Source: Bacteroidales bacterium OttesenSCG-928-B11
Lineage (GTDB): Bacteria > Bacteroidota > Bacteroidia > Bacteroidales > WCHB1-69
Direction: 5' to 3'
DNA length: 64,000 nt
Assembly: GCA_030267125.1 (NCBI GenBank)
Contig: JAJDJJ010000003.1
Coordinates: 309-64,308 of the forward strand
Positions 37,193 to 46,100 of the stretch are shown piece by piece. The notes beneath the pieces were generated by a model. It searched no databases, was not told where the DNA came from, and worked only from the letters and a program-made list of their open reading frames with translations. Every line of letters begins with the position of its first letter. Positions within the stretch are counted from its first letter, which is position 1. A program made the translations under genes and the position numbers.

Positions 37193-38830
37193 TTATGATA
37201 AGAACATCTTCATATCTTCATCCACTGTCGTAATTCCACCAATTCCGAAATTGTCGATTAATACTTTAGCCACATTTGGCGAAAGGAATCCCGGCAAGGT
37301 CGGCCCTAAATGGATGTTTTTCACGCCTAAAGAGAGTAGAGCCAAAAGAACGATTACCGCTTTTTGCTCGTACCAAGCAATGTTGTACGCGATTGGCAAT
37401 TCATTGATATCATTCAACTCAAACACCTCTTTCAGTTTCAGGGCAATCAGCGCCAATGAGTAGCTGTCGTTACATTGTCCGGCATCCAAAACGCGAGGGA
37501 TCCCGCCAATATCGCCCAACGGCAATTTGTTGTAACGATATTTCGCGCATCCGGCGGTGAGGATAACGGTATCTTTCGGAAGTTTTTCGGCAAATTCAGT
37601 GTAGTAGCTTCTGCTTTTCATACGTCCGTCGCAACCGGCCATCACAAAGAATTTACGGATCGCACCTGATTTCACAGCATCAACCACTTTGTCTGCCAAG
37701 GCAAACACTTGCTCATGAGCAAAACCGCCAACTATTTCTCCGCTTTCGATTTCCGTCGGGGCTTGGCATCTTTTAGCATGCTCAATCAGCTTAGAGAAAT
37801 CTTTCGCTTTCCCATCTTTCCGGTCTTCGATGTGTGGAAAACCGCTGAATCCCGCCGCTCCGGTTGTATAAACACGGTCGGAGTATGTTGAAGTGGAACG
37901 GGGCGGAACAATACAGTTTGTGGTGAACAAGATCGGGCCATTGAAAGATTCGAACTCCTCGTTCTGTTTCCACCAAGCGCTTCCGTAGTTGCCCGCGAAG
38001 TGGCTGTATTTCTTGAATGCCGGATAGTAATGAGCCGGAAGCATCTCGCTGTGCGTATAAACATCCACGCCAGTGCCTTCAGTTTGCTCCAGCAGATCTT
38101 GCATATCGCGGAGATCGTGTCCTGAAATCAAGATCGCCGGATTATTGCGCACGCCGATGTTCACCTTTGTAATCTCCGGATTGCCATACGTTGAAGTATT
38201 GGCTTTATCGAGCAACGCCATCGTCTTCACGCCGTATTCACCACATTTAAGAACCAGCGCCGTTAGTTCATCGGCAGAAAGATCTTGCGTGGTCGCAACC
38301 AACGCTTCTTGTATAAAAGTATGGATGCTCTCGTCATCAAAGCCCAAATTCACAGCATGTTCGGCGTAAGCGGCCATCCCTTTCAATCCGTAAGTGAGCA
38401 ATTCGCGCAACGAACGAACATCTTCATTTTCGGTTCTGAGAACGCCCACGGTAGCGGCTTTCGCTTCCATCTCTTCTACAGATTTACCGTTCCAGGTCAT
38501 GCAATCGCAATCCGCTTTCACATCGCCCACCGTTGCAGCAAGTTTATCACGCAACGCAATCGCTTCCTGAATGCGGGTCACAAAACGCTCTTTGTCGAAA
38601 TTGGCATTGGTGATGGTCATAAAGAGCGACTCCATCACGAAATGGTTGATCTCTTCAGACACCGTCATCCCTTTTTTGCGCATCTCTATCGCGTAACGAG
38701 AAATACCTCTTGAAAGGAATAGCAATAGATCTTGCAGATTAGCCACATCAGAAGTTTTACCACAAACTCCTTTTACTGTACAGCCTTTGTTCATAGCTGT
38801 TTCTTGACATTGAAAACAAAACATGTTCAT
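37193..38830 (-). CDS. hcp: Hybrid cluster protein (hydroxylamine/NO reductase)
   Basis: MFCFQCQET...[39 protein letters not shown]. Confidence 0.97.
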   Translation of the reverse strand: MNMFCFQCQETAMNKGCTVKGVCGKTSDVANLQDLLLFLSRGISRYAIEMRKKGMTVSEEINHFVMESLFMTITNANFDKERFVTRIQEAIALRDKLAATVGDVKADCDCMTWNGKSVEEMEAKAATVGVLRTENEDVRSLRELLTYGLKGMAAYAEHAVNLGFDDESIHTFIQEALVATTQDLSADELTALVLKCGEYGVKTMALLDKANTSTYGNPEITKVNIGVRNNPAILISGHDLRDMQDLLEQTEGTGVDVYTHSEMLPAHYYPAFKKYSHFAGNYGSAWWKQNEEFESFNGPILFTTNCIVPPRSTSTYSDRVYTTGAAGFSGFPHIEDRKDGKAKDFSKLIEHAKRCQAPTEIESGEIVGGFAHEQVFALADKVVDAVKSGAIRKFFVMAGCDGRMKSRSYYTEFAEKLPKDTVILTAGCAKYRYNKLPLGDIGGIPRVLDAGQCNDSYSLALIALKLKEVFELNDINELPIAYNIAWYEQKAVIVLLALLSLGVKNIHLGPTLPGFLSPNVAKVLIDNFGIGGITTVDEDMKMFLS

Positions 38831-38883
38831 AATTGTAATTTTTTATGGTTAATAATAACTGTTTCTTTTTAATTTTTTTTTGC

Positions 38884-39207
38884 TTATCTACCGGGGCGTG
38901 GAGCTTTCACAACCAATATCCGGGCTTGTTGTTCCGAATTATTCGCCAGACAATGCATTGTGCCTTTAGGGCTTTCAACGATCGTGTCTTTACCAACCGT
39001 TATTGTTTTTTCTCCGATGCTGACATCTGGCGTGCCTTCTAATATGTAGAAAAACACATCCACCGGAGTTGTGTGAGGTTTTAGAGATTGCCCTGCTTGA
39101 AGCGTCATGTGTACGGCTTGTGCAGAATCCGTATCATAAATTCTGCGAGCATCCACATTGTGCATGTTTTCTAAAGGCTCGACTTGTTTTACTTCTCTTA
39201 TTTTCAT
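38884..39207 (-). CDS. Cupin-domain protein
   Basis: PHTTPVDVFFYILEG...ESPKGTMHCLAN cupin motifs. Confidence 0.85.
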   Translation of the reverse strand: MKIREVKQVEPLENMHNVDARRIYDTDSAQAVHMTLQAGQSLKPHTTPVDVFFYILEGTPDVSIGEKTITVGKDTIVESPKGTMHCLANNSEQQARILVVKAPRPGR

Positions 39208-39341
39208 ACGTTTATATTTTTTTATTTTAAGGTCGTATGTCGCTCGCATGAGGAAAAACAATCATCAACTTGGGTGATTTTTGCATCATGCTCGGTTCAC
39301 ACGTTTATGTTGTTATTAATCCTAACTAACTTTTACTTAAT

Positions 39342-39379
39342 TTCGTAATTCGTAATTGATAATTCGTAATTGATAATTG
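39342..39379. repeat. Heptamer tandem repeat (TAATTCG/TAATTGA)
   Basis: ttcgtaa-ttcgtaa-ttgataa-ttcgtaa-ttgataa immediately after the stop of the 4Fe-4S gene. Confidence 0.75.
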
Positions 39380-39380
39380 C

Positions 39381-40229
39381 TTATATCCACTTCTCTTCTA
39401 TAACATTTCCTTCTATCCCGATGATCACTTTTTTAATCGGTATTTTGCGTGAAGCTTGTTCGGCAGCCATTTTCACCAATTGTAGCAATCCTCCGCAACA
39501 GGGCACTTCCATCATAACGACAGTCAACGTGTTAATGTTCGCCTCATCTATCATGGCGGTGATTTTCTCCACGTAACTCTCTTTGCCACTGTCTAATTTA
39601 GGACAAGCGATAGCCAATGTGTGATTCTTGATAAATCGATCGTGGAAATTCCCGTACGAAAAAGCGGTGCAATCAGCGGCGATGACCACGTCGGCACGAT
39701 CAAAATAACCGGACTGCGGATTCAGCAAATGCAGTTGCACCGGCCAGTGTCTCAGCTGTGAAGGCACATCGTTTGTTATACTTGTTGAATTTTTAGGGGC
39801 AAAGGCTCTCGCTCCGCTTCCCGGGCAGGCGTGTGGCTGTTGAAACCCACCGCAGCCCTCTTCTCTCTTTTCCATATTCATATCTATCTCTATATTATGT
39901 TCTTTTAAATATTGCAAACCTTGTTTTAGAAGTTCCGTTTCGCCATGATCTTTCAAATGATTCAGGTGAGCCAGTATAGTTTTTTCACCTTTGGGCGCCA
40001 TTCTTTCCATCACGGCAATCTCGTCATAAGGCTCAGCCTCACGCTCTTCAAGTTCTATCGCGCCTACGGGGCAATCGCCGATACAAGCACCCAACCCATC
40101 GCAATAGAGTTCGCTAATCATTCTGGCTTTCCCGTCAATGAGCTGCAATGCACCTTCGTGGCAACCGCTGACACACAGCCCGCAGCCATTACATTTTTCC
40201 TCGTCTATTTTTATGATTGTCCTTTTCAT
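39381..40229 (-). CDS. 4Fe-4S ferredoxin-domain protein commonly linked to hcp
   Basis: CNGCGLCVSGC, CDGLGACIGDCP, WPVQL, ACPKLD, MEVPCCGG. Confidence 0.88.
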   Translation of the reverse strand: MKRTIIKIDEEKCNGCGLCVSGCHEGALQLIDGKARMISELYCDGLGACIGDCPVGAIELEEREAEPYDEIAVMERMAPKGEKTILAHLNHLKDHGETELLKQGLQYLKEHNIEIDMNMEKREEGCGGFQQPHACPGSGARAFAPKNSTSITNDVPSQLRHWPVQLHLLNPQSGYFDRADVVIAADCTAFSYGNFHDRFIKNHTLAIACPKLDSGKESYVEKITAMIDEANINTLTVVMMEVPCCGGLLQLVKMAAEQASRKIPIKKVIIGIEGNVIEEKWI

Positions 40230-40294
40230 TACTCTTTTATTTTTCTGTTTCGATTAATTTTCGGCAAAAATATAGCGATAAAAAGAGACAAAGC

Positions 40295-40308
40295 GTAACA
40301 TTTGTTAC
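40295..40308. promoter_or_regulatory. HcpR-type (Crp/Fnr) binding palindrome between divergent promoters
   Basis: GTAAC-ATTT-GTTAC between a minus-strand -7 box (40265-40272) and a plus-strand TATCTTTG (40319-40326); resembles the GTAAC-N4-GTTAC HcpR-type box. Confidence 0.7.
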
Positions 40309-40355
40309 AGACAGCGTTTATCTTTGCATTTTTTACAGATAATGACTTTATTCGT

Positions 40356-40616
40356 ATGCAACAATCACATATAGAGAGAGAAAAAAAGACTATAGCCTTG
40401 ATGATTCGCCTCTATTGTCGAAAAAAAGAGAAGAACAGCGAGTTGTGTTCGTTGTGCAGGGAGTTGATTGAATACGCTCATCAGCGACTTGATCATTGTC
40501 CATTCGGCGAGGCAAAAACGAGCTGTAAAAATTGTGCCATACACTGTTATGTTCCAATAGAACAAAAGAGAATTCGCCAAGTTATGCGCTATGGACAAGC
40601 GGGGGACAGAGCGTGA
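40356..40616 (+). pseudogene. ygbA: YgbA (nitrous oxide-stimulated promoter) family gene, 3'-truncated
   Basis: IEREKKTIALMIRLYC...CPFGEAKTSCKNCAIHCY...VMRY, then diverges and lacks the usual GPRM..HP tail. Confidence 0.7.
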
Positions 40617-40678
40617 GTAATTGGTAGCGGACTAAAATTTTAAAAAAACGCTATCTTTGCATATTATAAAAACCTAAT

Positions 40679-42154
40679 ATGATGTTCGAACAAACTTTTA
40701 AAAATATTGACGATATACTTCACAAAGATGCGGGTTGCGGTAGTGAATTGGATTATGTGGAGCAAACCTCTTGGATTTTGTTTCTCAAATACTTAGACGA
40801 TTTGGAGAAAGACCGAGCCACAGCCGCCGAACTCACGGGAAAGACCTATACGCCTATTATCGACAAGGATTATCAATGGACTGTTTGGGCAATGCCAAAA
40901 GGCAAGGATGGAAAACTCGACCACCACAAAGCGCTCACGGGAGATGATCTTACCGATTTTGTGAACAACAAACTCTTTCCGTATCTCAAAAAGTTTAAAC
41001 AGAACGCCGAAAGCGCCGACACTATTGAATACAAAATCGGAGAGATTTTCAGCGAACTAAAAAATCGCATACAAAGTGGCTACAATTTGCGTGAAGTGAT
41101 TAACCGCATTGACGAGTTGCGTTTCCGTACCCATGCTGAAAAGCACGAAATGAGTCATTTGTACGAGGACAAAATCAAAAACATGGGAAACGCGGGACGA
41201 AACGGCGGCGAATATTACACACCTCGTCCACTTATCACTACGATTGTAAAAGTGGTCGCCCCTGAAATCGGCGATAAAATTTATGATGGAGCAGTTGGTA
41301 GCGCGGGATTCCTTTGCGAAGCGTTTTCTTATCTAAAAAACCGCCCTTCGGCAGGCTCAAGTAGCGGTTTATCTACAAAAGAAACCGAGATATTGCAAAA
41401 ACGCTCTTTTTATGGCAAAGAGAAAAAATCCTTGGCATACATCATCGGCATTATGAATATGATTTTTCATGGCGTGGAAGCTCCAAACATTATTCATACC
41501 AACACGCTAGCCGAAAACCTTGCTGATATACAAGAAAAAGACCGCTACGATGTGGTACTTGCCAATCCGCCTTTTGGTGGAAAGGAACGTGCCGAAGTGC
41601 AACAAAACTTCCCGATAAAAACAGGCGAAACCGCTTCGCTCTTTTTGCAACACTTCATGAAAATTCTGAAAGCAGGCGGAAAAGCAGGTGTAGTAATTAA
41701 AAACACCTTTTTGAGTAATACAGACAATGCCACCGTTGCCATACGCAAAACCTTGTTGGAAAGCTGTAATCTGCACACCGTATTGGATTTACCCGGCGGA
41801 ACGTTTACAGGCGCCGGAGTGAAAACGGTCGTTTTGTTTTTTGAAAAAGGAAAACCCACCCAAAATGTTTGGTTTTATCAATTAAACCTCGACCGAAATT
41901 TGGGCAAAACAAATCCGCTGAACGAAAACGACCTTGCGGAATTTATTGAACTTCAAAAGACTTTTGCAGAAACTGAAAACTCTTGGACGGTTAATGTCAA
42001 AGATATTGACCAAAGCACGTTTGATTTGAGCGTAAAAAACCCCAATAAGAAAGAAGTTGTTCAACTTCGCTCACCACTCGAGATATTGGAAGAAATAAAA
42101 GCATTGGACGAAGAAAGTACGGAAATTCTATTGTCAATAAAAGAGTTGCTATGA
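40679..42154 (+). CDS. hsdM: Type I R-M methyltransferase subunit (EcoAI-like)
   Basis: GEYYTPRP, YDGAVGSAGF, LANPPFGG. Confidence 0.95.
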   Translation: MMFEQTFKNIDDILHKDAGCGSELDYVEQTSWILFLKYLDDLEKDRATAAELTGKTYTPIIDKDYQWTVWAMPKGKDGKLDHHKALTGDDLTDFVNNKLFPYLKKFKQNAESADTIEYKIGEIFSELKNRIQSGYNLREVINRIDELRFRTHAEKHEMSHLYEDKIKNMGNAGRNGGEYYTPRPLITTIVKVVAPEIGDKIYDGAVGSAGFLCEAFSYLKNRPSAGSSSGLSTKETEILQKRSFYGKEKKSLAYIIGIMNMIFHGVEAPNIIHTNTLAENLADIQEKDRYDVVLANPPFGGKERAEVQQNFPIKTGETASLFLQHFMKILKAGGKAGVVIKNTFLSNTDNATVAIRKTLLESCNLHTVLDLPGGTFTGAGVKTVVLFFEKGKPTQNVWFYQLNLDRNLGKTNPLNENDLAEFIELQKTFAETENSWTVNVKDIDQSTFDLSVKNPNKKEVVQLRSPLEILEEIKALDEESTEILLSIKELL

Positions 42155-43026
42155 AAAACGAAATAATACTATACAGCCCTAATGAGCTTAGCAAACATAT
42201 TGAAGTACGACTTGATGAAGATAAAGAAACGCTTTGGCTAACTCAAGAACAAATCGCCCAACTTTTCGAAAGAGATAGAAGCGTAATAACCAAACATTTG
42301 AAAAATATTTTCAAAGAAGAGGAGTTGGACGAAAAAGTGGTTAGTGCATTTTTTGCACTAACCACTCAACACGGAGCCATTAAAGGAAAAACACAGACAA
42401 TGAAAGTGAAATTTTATAATCTTGACGCTATTTTGTCAGTCGGCTACCGTGTTAATTCCAAACAAGGCACACAGTTTAGAATATGGGCAAACAAAATCCT
42501 GAAAGACTATTTATTAAAAGGTTATGCCATAAATAACCGAATGAACCGCATTGAGGACAATGTGTCGGCTCTTTCGGAAAAAGTAAACGAGATTGACCTG
42601 CAAATAAACACACATCTAATTCCCACACAAGGCGTATTTTTCGATGGGCAAGTGTTTGACGCTTACGAATTGGCTTCTAAAATCATTCGCTCAGCCAAGC
42701 AAAGCATAATTTTGATAGATAATTACATAGACGAAACCACATTGATGCATTTATCAAAGAAGAAAAAAGGCGTAAGCGTGTTGTTGCTTACAAAAAACAT
42801 AAGCAAACAACTGACCTTGGATATTGAAAAAGCCAGCGAACAATACGGTAATTTCACAGCAAAACCGTTTACCCACAGCCACGACCGTTTTCTAATTCTC
42901 GACCAAAAAGAAATCTATCATCTTGGAGCTTCGCTCAAAGATTTAGGCAGAAAATGGTTTGCTTTCTCTAAAATGGATAAACATTCGGTAAGCGGTATTA
43001 TTAACTCAATTTCTGAAATGCTATGA
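42151..43026 (+). CDS. RhuM/virulence-protein-like DNA-binding domain fused to a PLD-like C-terminal domain
   Basis: TLWLTQEQIAQLF, YNLDAILSVGYRVNS.QGTQFRIWA; C-terminal IDNY...HDRFLILD..YHLGASLKDLG. Confidence 0.8.
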   Translation: MKNEIILYSPNELSKHIEVRLDEDKETLWLTQEQIAQLFERDRSVITKHLKNIFKEEELDEKVVSAFFALTTQHGAIKGKTQTMKVKFYNLDAILSVGYRVNSKQGTQFRIWANKILKDYLLKGYAINNRMNRIEDNVSALSEKVNEIDLQINTHLIPTQGVFFDGQVFDAYELASKIIRSAKQSIILIDNYIDETTLMHLSKKKKGVSVLLLTKNISKQLTLDIEKASEQYGNFTAKPFTHSHDRFLILDQKEIYHLGASLKDLGRKWFAFSKMDKHSVSGIINSISEML

Positions 43027-44258
43027 TGAAGTGGAAGAGAAAGAAATTAAATGAGTTTTGCGAGTTCAGTAATGGACTTTGGACAGGGAAGAAACCTCCT
43101 TTTCAAACTGTTGGAGTAATAAGAAATACAAATTTCACAAAAGATTGTCTTCTTGATGATAGTGATATCGTTTATTTAGAAGTTGAACAATCTCAATTTC
43201 AAAAAAGGAAATTGCAATACGGTGATATAATTCTTGAAAAGTCAGGTGGTGGACCAAAACAACCTGTTGGAAGAGTTGTGATTTTTGATAAGACTGATGG
43301 TGATTTTTCATTTAGCAACTTTACTTCTGTAATTAGGATTAAGAATAAAGATGAAGTTGATTTCAACTTTCTACACAGATGTCTATTCTTGGAATACATT
43401 TCAGGTGCTACTGAAAAAATGCAAAGTCATTCGACAGGCATCCGAAATTTGAAATTTGATGAGTATAAAGAAATAGAAATCCCACTTCCCCCTCTCCCCG
43501 AACAACAACGCATTGTTTCCATATTAGATAAAGCCTTTTCGGCTATTGAGCGAAGTCGAAATAATGCCGAACAAAACCTTAAAAATGCAAAAGAATTGTT
43601 TGAGAGTTATTTGCAGGGGATATTTGAGAATGGGAATTGGGAAACGAAAAAGCTAAATGAAATAACTGAAGTAAAAGATGGCACACACGATAGTCCAAAA
43701 TATATTAAAGAAGGAATTCCTTTTGTCACTCAAAAGAATATCAAACCTGATGGATTTTCATTTGGTGATACAAAATTCATCACAGAAACAGACCACGAAA
43801 AGTTTTACAAGCGTTCAAATGTGACTTATGGTGATATTCTAATTTCAATGATTGGAGCAAATAGGGGAATGGCTGCAATAGTAGATGATAAAAGAGTTTT
43901 CAGTATCAAGAATGTTGGCTTGATCAAGTCAAGTGATAACATTAATATGAATTACCTACTTTATTATTTGAAATCTTCAGTAGCAATGAAATATGTTTTG
44001 TATATGTCAAATGGTGGAGCACAAGAATTTGTTGGATTGACAGCGTTGAGAAGTTTTCCAATTCCCCTTCCTCCACTTAAAGAACAACAAACCATCGTCC
44101 ACCAATTAGATGCCTTGCGAGCTGAAACACAAAAACTGGAAACGGTGTATCAAAAGAAAATAGCAGATTTGGAGGAACTGAAAAAAAGTATCTTGCAGAA
44201 GGCGTTCAATGGGGAGCTTGTCGAACCTACAGGGGAGTTAAAAATAGAAAAAAAATAA
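43023..44258 (+). CDS. hsdS: Type I R-M specificity subunit
   Basis: Two TRDs each followed by a conserved IPLPPL.EQQ.IV helix; ends LKKSILQKAFNGEL. Confidence 0.95.
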   Translation: MMKWKRKKLNEFCEFSNGLWTGKKPPFQTVGVIRNTNFTKDCLLDDSDIVYLEVEQSQFQKRKLQYGDIILEKSGGGPKQPVGRVVIFDKTDGDFSFSNFTSVIRIKNKDEVDFNFLHRCLFLEYISGATEKMQSHSTGIRNLKFDEYKEIEIPLPPLPEQQRIVSILDKAFSAIERSRNNAEQNLKNAKELFESYLQGIFENGNWETKKLNEITEVKDGTHDSPKYIKEGIPFVTQKNIKPDGFSFGDTKFITETDHEKFYKRSNVTYGDILISMIGANRGMAAIVDDKRVFSIKNVGLIKSSDNINMNYLLYYLKSSVAMKYVLYMSNGGAQEFVGLTALRSFPIPLPPLKEQQTIVHQLDALRAETQKLETVYQKKIADLEELKKSILQKAFNGELVEPTGELKIEKK

Positions 44259-44262
44259 TTGT

Positions 44263-46098
44263 ATGAAAGTAAAATTAAGTCAAGCCGTTAAAATGTTTTT
44301 TAGCAGCTCATCACTTGAGATGGTTTACTTAGAAGCTATTGCAAACGCATTAGATGCAAATGCAACGGAGATTGAAATCAAAATATCAATGAAGGCATTT
44401 AATCAATCTGAAACTCTTCAAATCGAAATTTCTGATAATGGCGAAGGTTTAACAGATGAGCGTTACAAGAAATTTTCAAAATTATTCGATGTTGAAGAAA
44501 GCACACACAAAGGCTTAGGGCGATTAGTTTATTTATGCTATTTCGAAGATGTAAAGGTTGTTAGCTATTTTGAAAAAACAAAAAAAAGAACTTTTAACTT
44601 CTCTGATGATTTTGAAGAAGAAAAATTCAAAATAGACAAGGTTGAAGAAAAGGAGTCCGGAACATGTTTTAAAATGACAAACTATACTCTTCAAAAAATT
44701 GCTAAGAATGATTACATCCATCCGAGAAAAATTAAGCAACGGATTTTGGAAGAATTTTATTCAAGACTTTTCCATCTAAAAAAACAAGGATGTTCGCTTA
44801 ATATTAAAATAGAATCAATTATTGATGGTAAAAAAATGGTGTCAACGATTGATAGTACAGATATTCCTGAATTTACCGATGTGGAATTAAGCAGCTCTAT
44901 TAACCTCATTGATAAATTTATTTTGTATTATTCAATAAAAGAAGTTGACCCACAAGATTCATCTTTGATTGCTGCAATTTCTGTTGATAATAGGACTGTT
45001 AAGGTGGATTTAATTTCAAATGAAAATATGTTGCCTGGCTATGAAATGGTATTTCTGCTCTATTCAGATTTTTTCGTTGGTAAAATTGATGCAGCAAGGC
45101 AAAATTTGACTATTTCTCCACAGGAGTTGAAAGATGTTCAAACCATATTTAGGAAAGAAGTCATTTCTATAATTGAAGCTAAAATACCAAGAATTAAAAA
45201 GAGGAACAGTGATGTTAAGGCAGGGCTTATTTCAAAATTCCCTCATTTAAGCAGTTATTTTGACACGAATAATATTGGATATATTCCACGAAACGAGATT
45301 TTGAAAAAAGCACAAAATGAATTTTTCCAAGAGCAAAAAGAAATTTTAGATGCAACATCCTTAAATGATGAGCAATTTGAAAAATCAGTAGAATTATCAT
45401 CAAGAGCATTGACGGAATATATTTTGTTCCGACAATTAACTGTTGAAAAATTAAAAAAATCAACAGACTCTGAGAGTGAAGCTGAGATACATAAATTATT
45501 TGCTTTAATGCGTAAAGATGGTAGATTTGAAAAGAAAAATTGCATTGATGACATTTATAAAAATAGCGCTTGGCTACTTGATGACAAATACATGACTTAT
45601 GAAACCATACTCAGTGACAGAGAAATGGGTGAACTAATAAAAGAAATAACGGATGATGAAGGTGTTGAAGATGATAATAGACCAGATATGGCTTTGATAT
45701 TTTCTAATAATCCTGAAAACAAAAAACCTTTCGATGTTGTAATTGTAGAGTTTAAAAAAAGAGGGATTTCATTAGAAGAAAACATGAAAGTTGTAACTCA
45801 ACTTGAAAAACGTGCGCGAAAATTAATGAAACATTACAATAATCAAATTCAAAGAATTTGGTTTTATGGAATTATAGAGTTTAATGAAGAAGTAGAGATG
45901 CAATTAGCAGGAGAATACACTGAATTATATTCTTCTGGGAAAATGTATTATAGAGAAACGAATATAGCGATATCACTTAATCCGAAAATAACATTGCCGA
46001 TCGGAGTTTTTATATGGGATTTAGATGCTGTAATAAGTGATGCTGATGCTCGCAATTCGACATTCTTGAATTTAGTGAAAAGTAAGTTTATTCAGTAA
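44263..46098 (+). CDS. GHKL ATPase fused to a PD-(D/E)XK nuclease-like domain, embedded between hsdS and hsdR
   Basis: LEAIANALDA, SDNGEG, KGLGR; C-terminal EAEIH...AWLLDDKY...RPDM...VEFKKRG...QL. Confidence 0.78.
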   Translation: MKVKLSQAVKMFFSSSSLEMVYLEAIANALDANATEIEIKISMKAFNQSETLQIEISDNGEGLTDERYKKFSKLFDVEESTHKGLGRLVYLCYFEDVKVVSYFEKTKKRTFNFSDDFEEEKFKIDKVEEKESGTCFKMTNYTLQKIAKNDYIHPRKIKQRILEEFYSRLFHLKKQGCSLNIKIESIIDGKKMVSTIDSTDIPEFTDVELSSSINLIDKFILYYSIKEVDPQDSSLIAAISVDNRTVKVDLISNENMLPGYEMVFLLYSDFFVGKIDAARQNLTISPQELKDVQTIFRKEVISIIEAKIPRIKKRNSDVKAGLISKFPHLSSYFDTNNIGYIPRNEILKKAQNEFFQEQKEILDATSLNDEQFEKSVELSSRALTEYILFRQLTVEKLKKSTDSESEAEIHKLFALMRKDGRFEKKNCIDDIYKNSAWLLDDKYMTYETILSDREMGELIKEITDDEGVEDDNRPDMALIFSNNPENKKPFDVVIVEFKKRGISLEENMKVVTQLEKRARKLMKHYNNQIQRIWFYGIIEFNEEVEMQLAGEYTELYSSGKMYYRETNIAISLNPKITLPIGVFIWDLDAVISDADARNSTFLNLVKSKFIQ

Positions 46099-46100
46099 AT

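Noticed and set aside
43023-44258. Phase-variable (invertible) hsdS shufflon
   Set aside because: Only one hsdS, with no silent TRD copies, flanking inverted repeats or tyrosine recombinase nearby.
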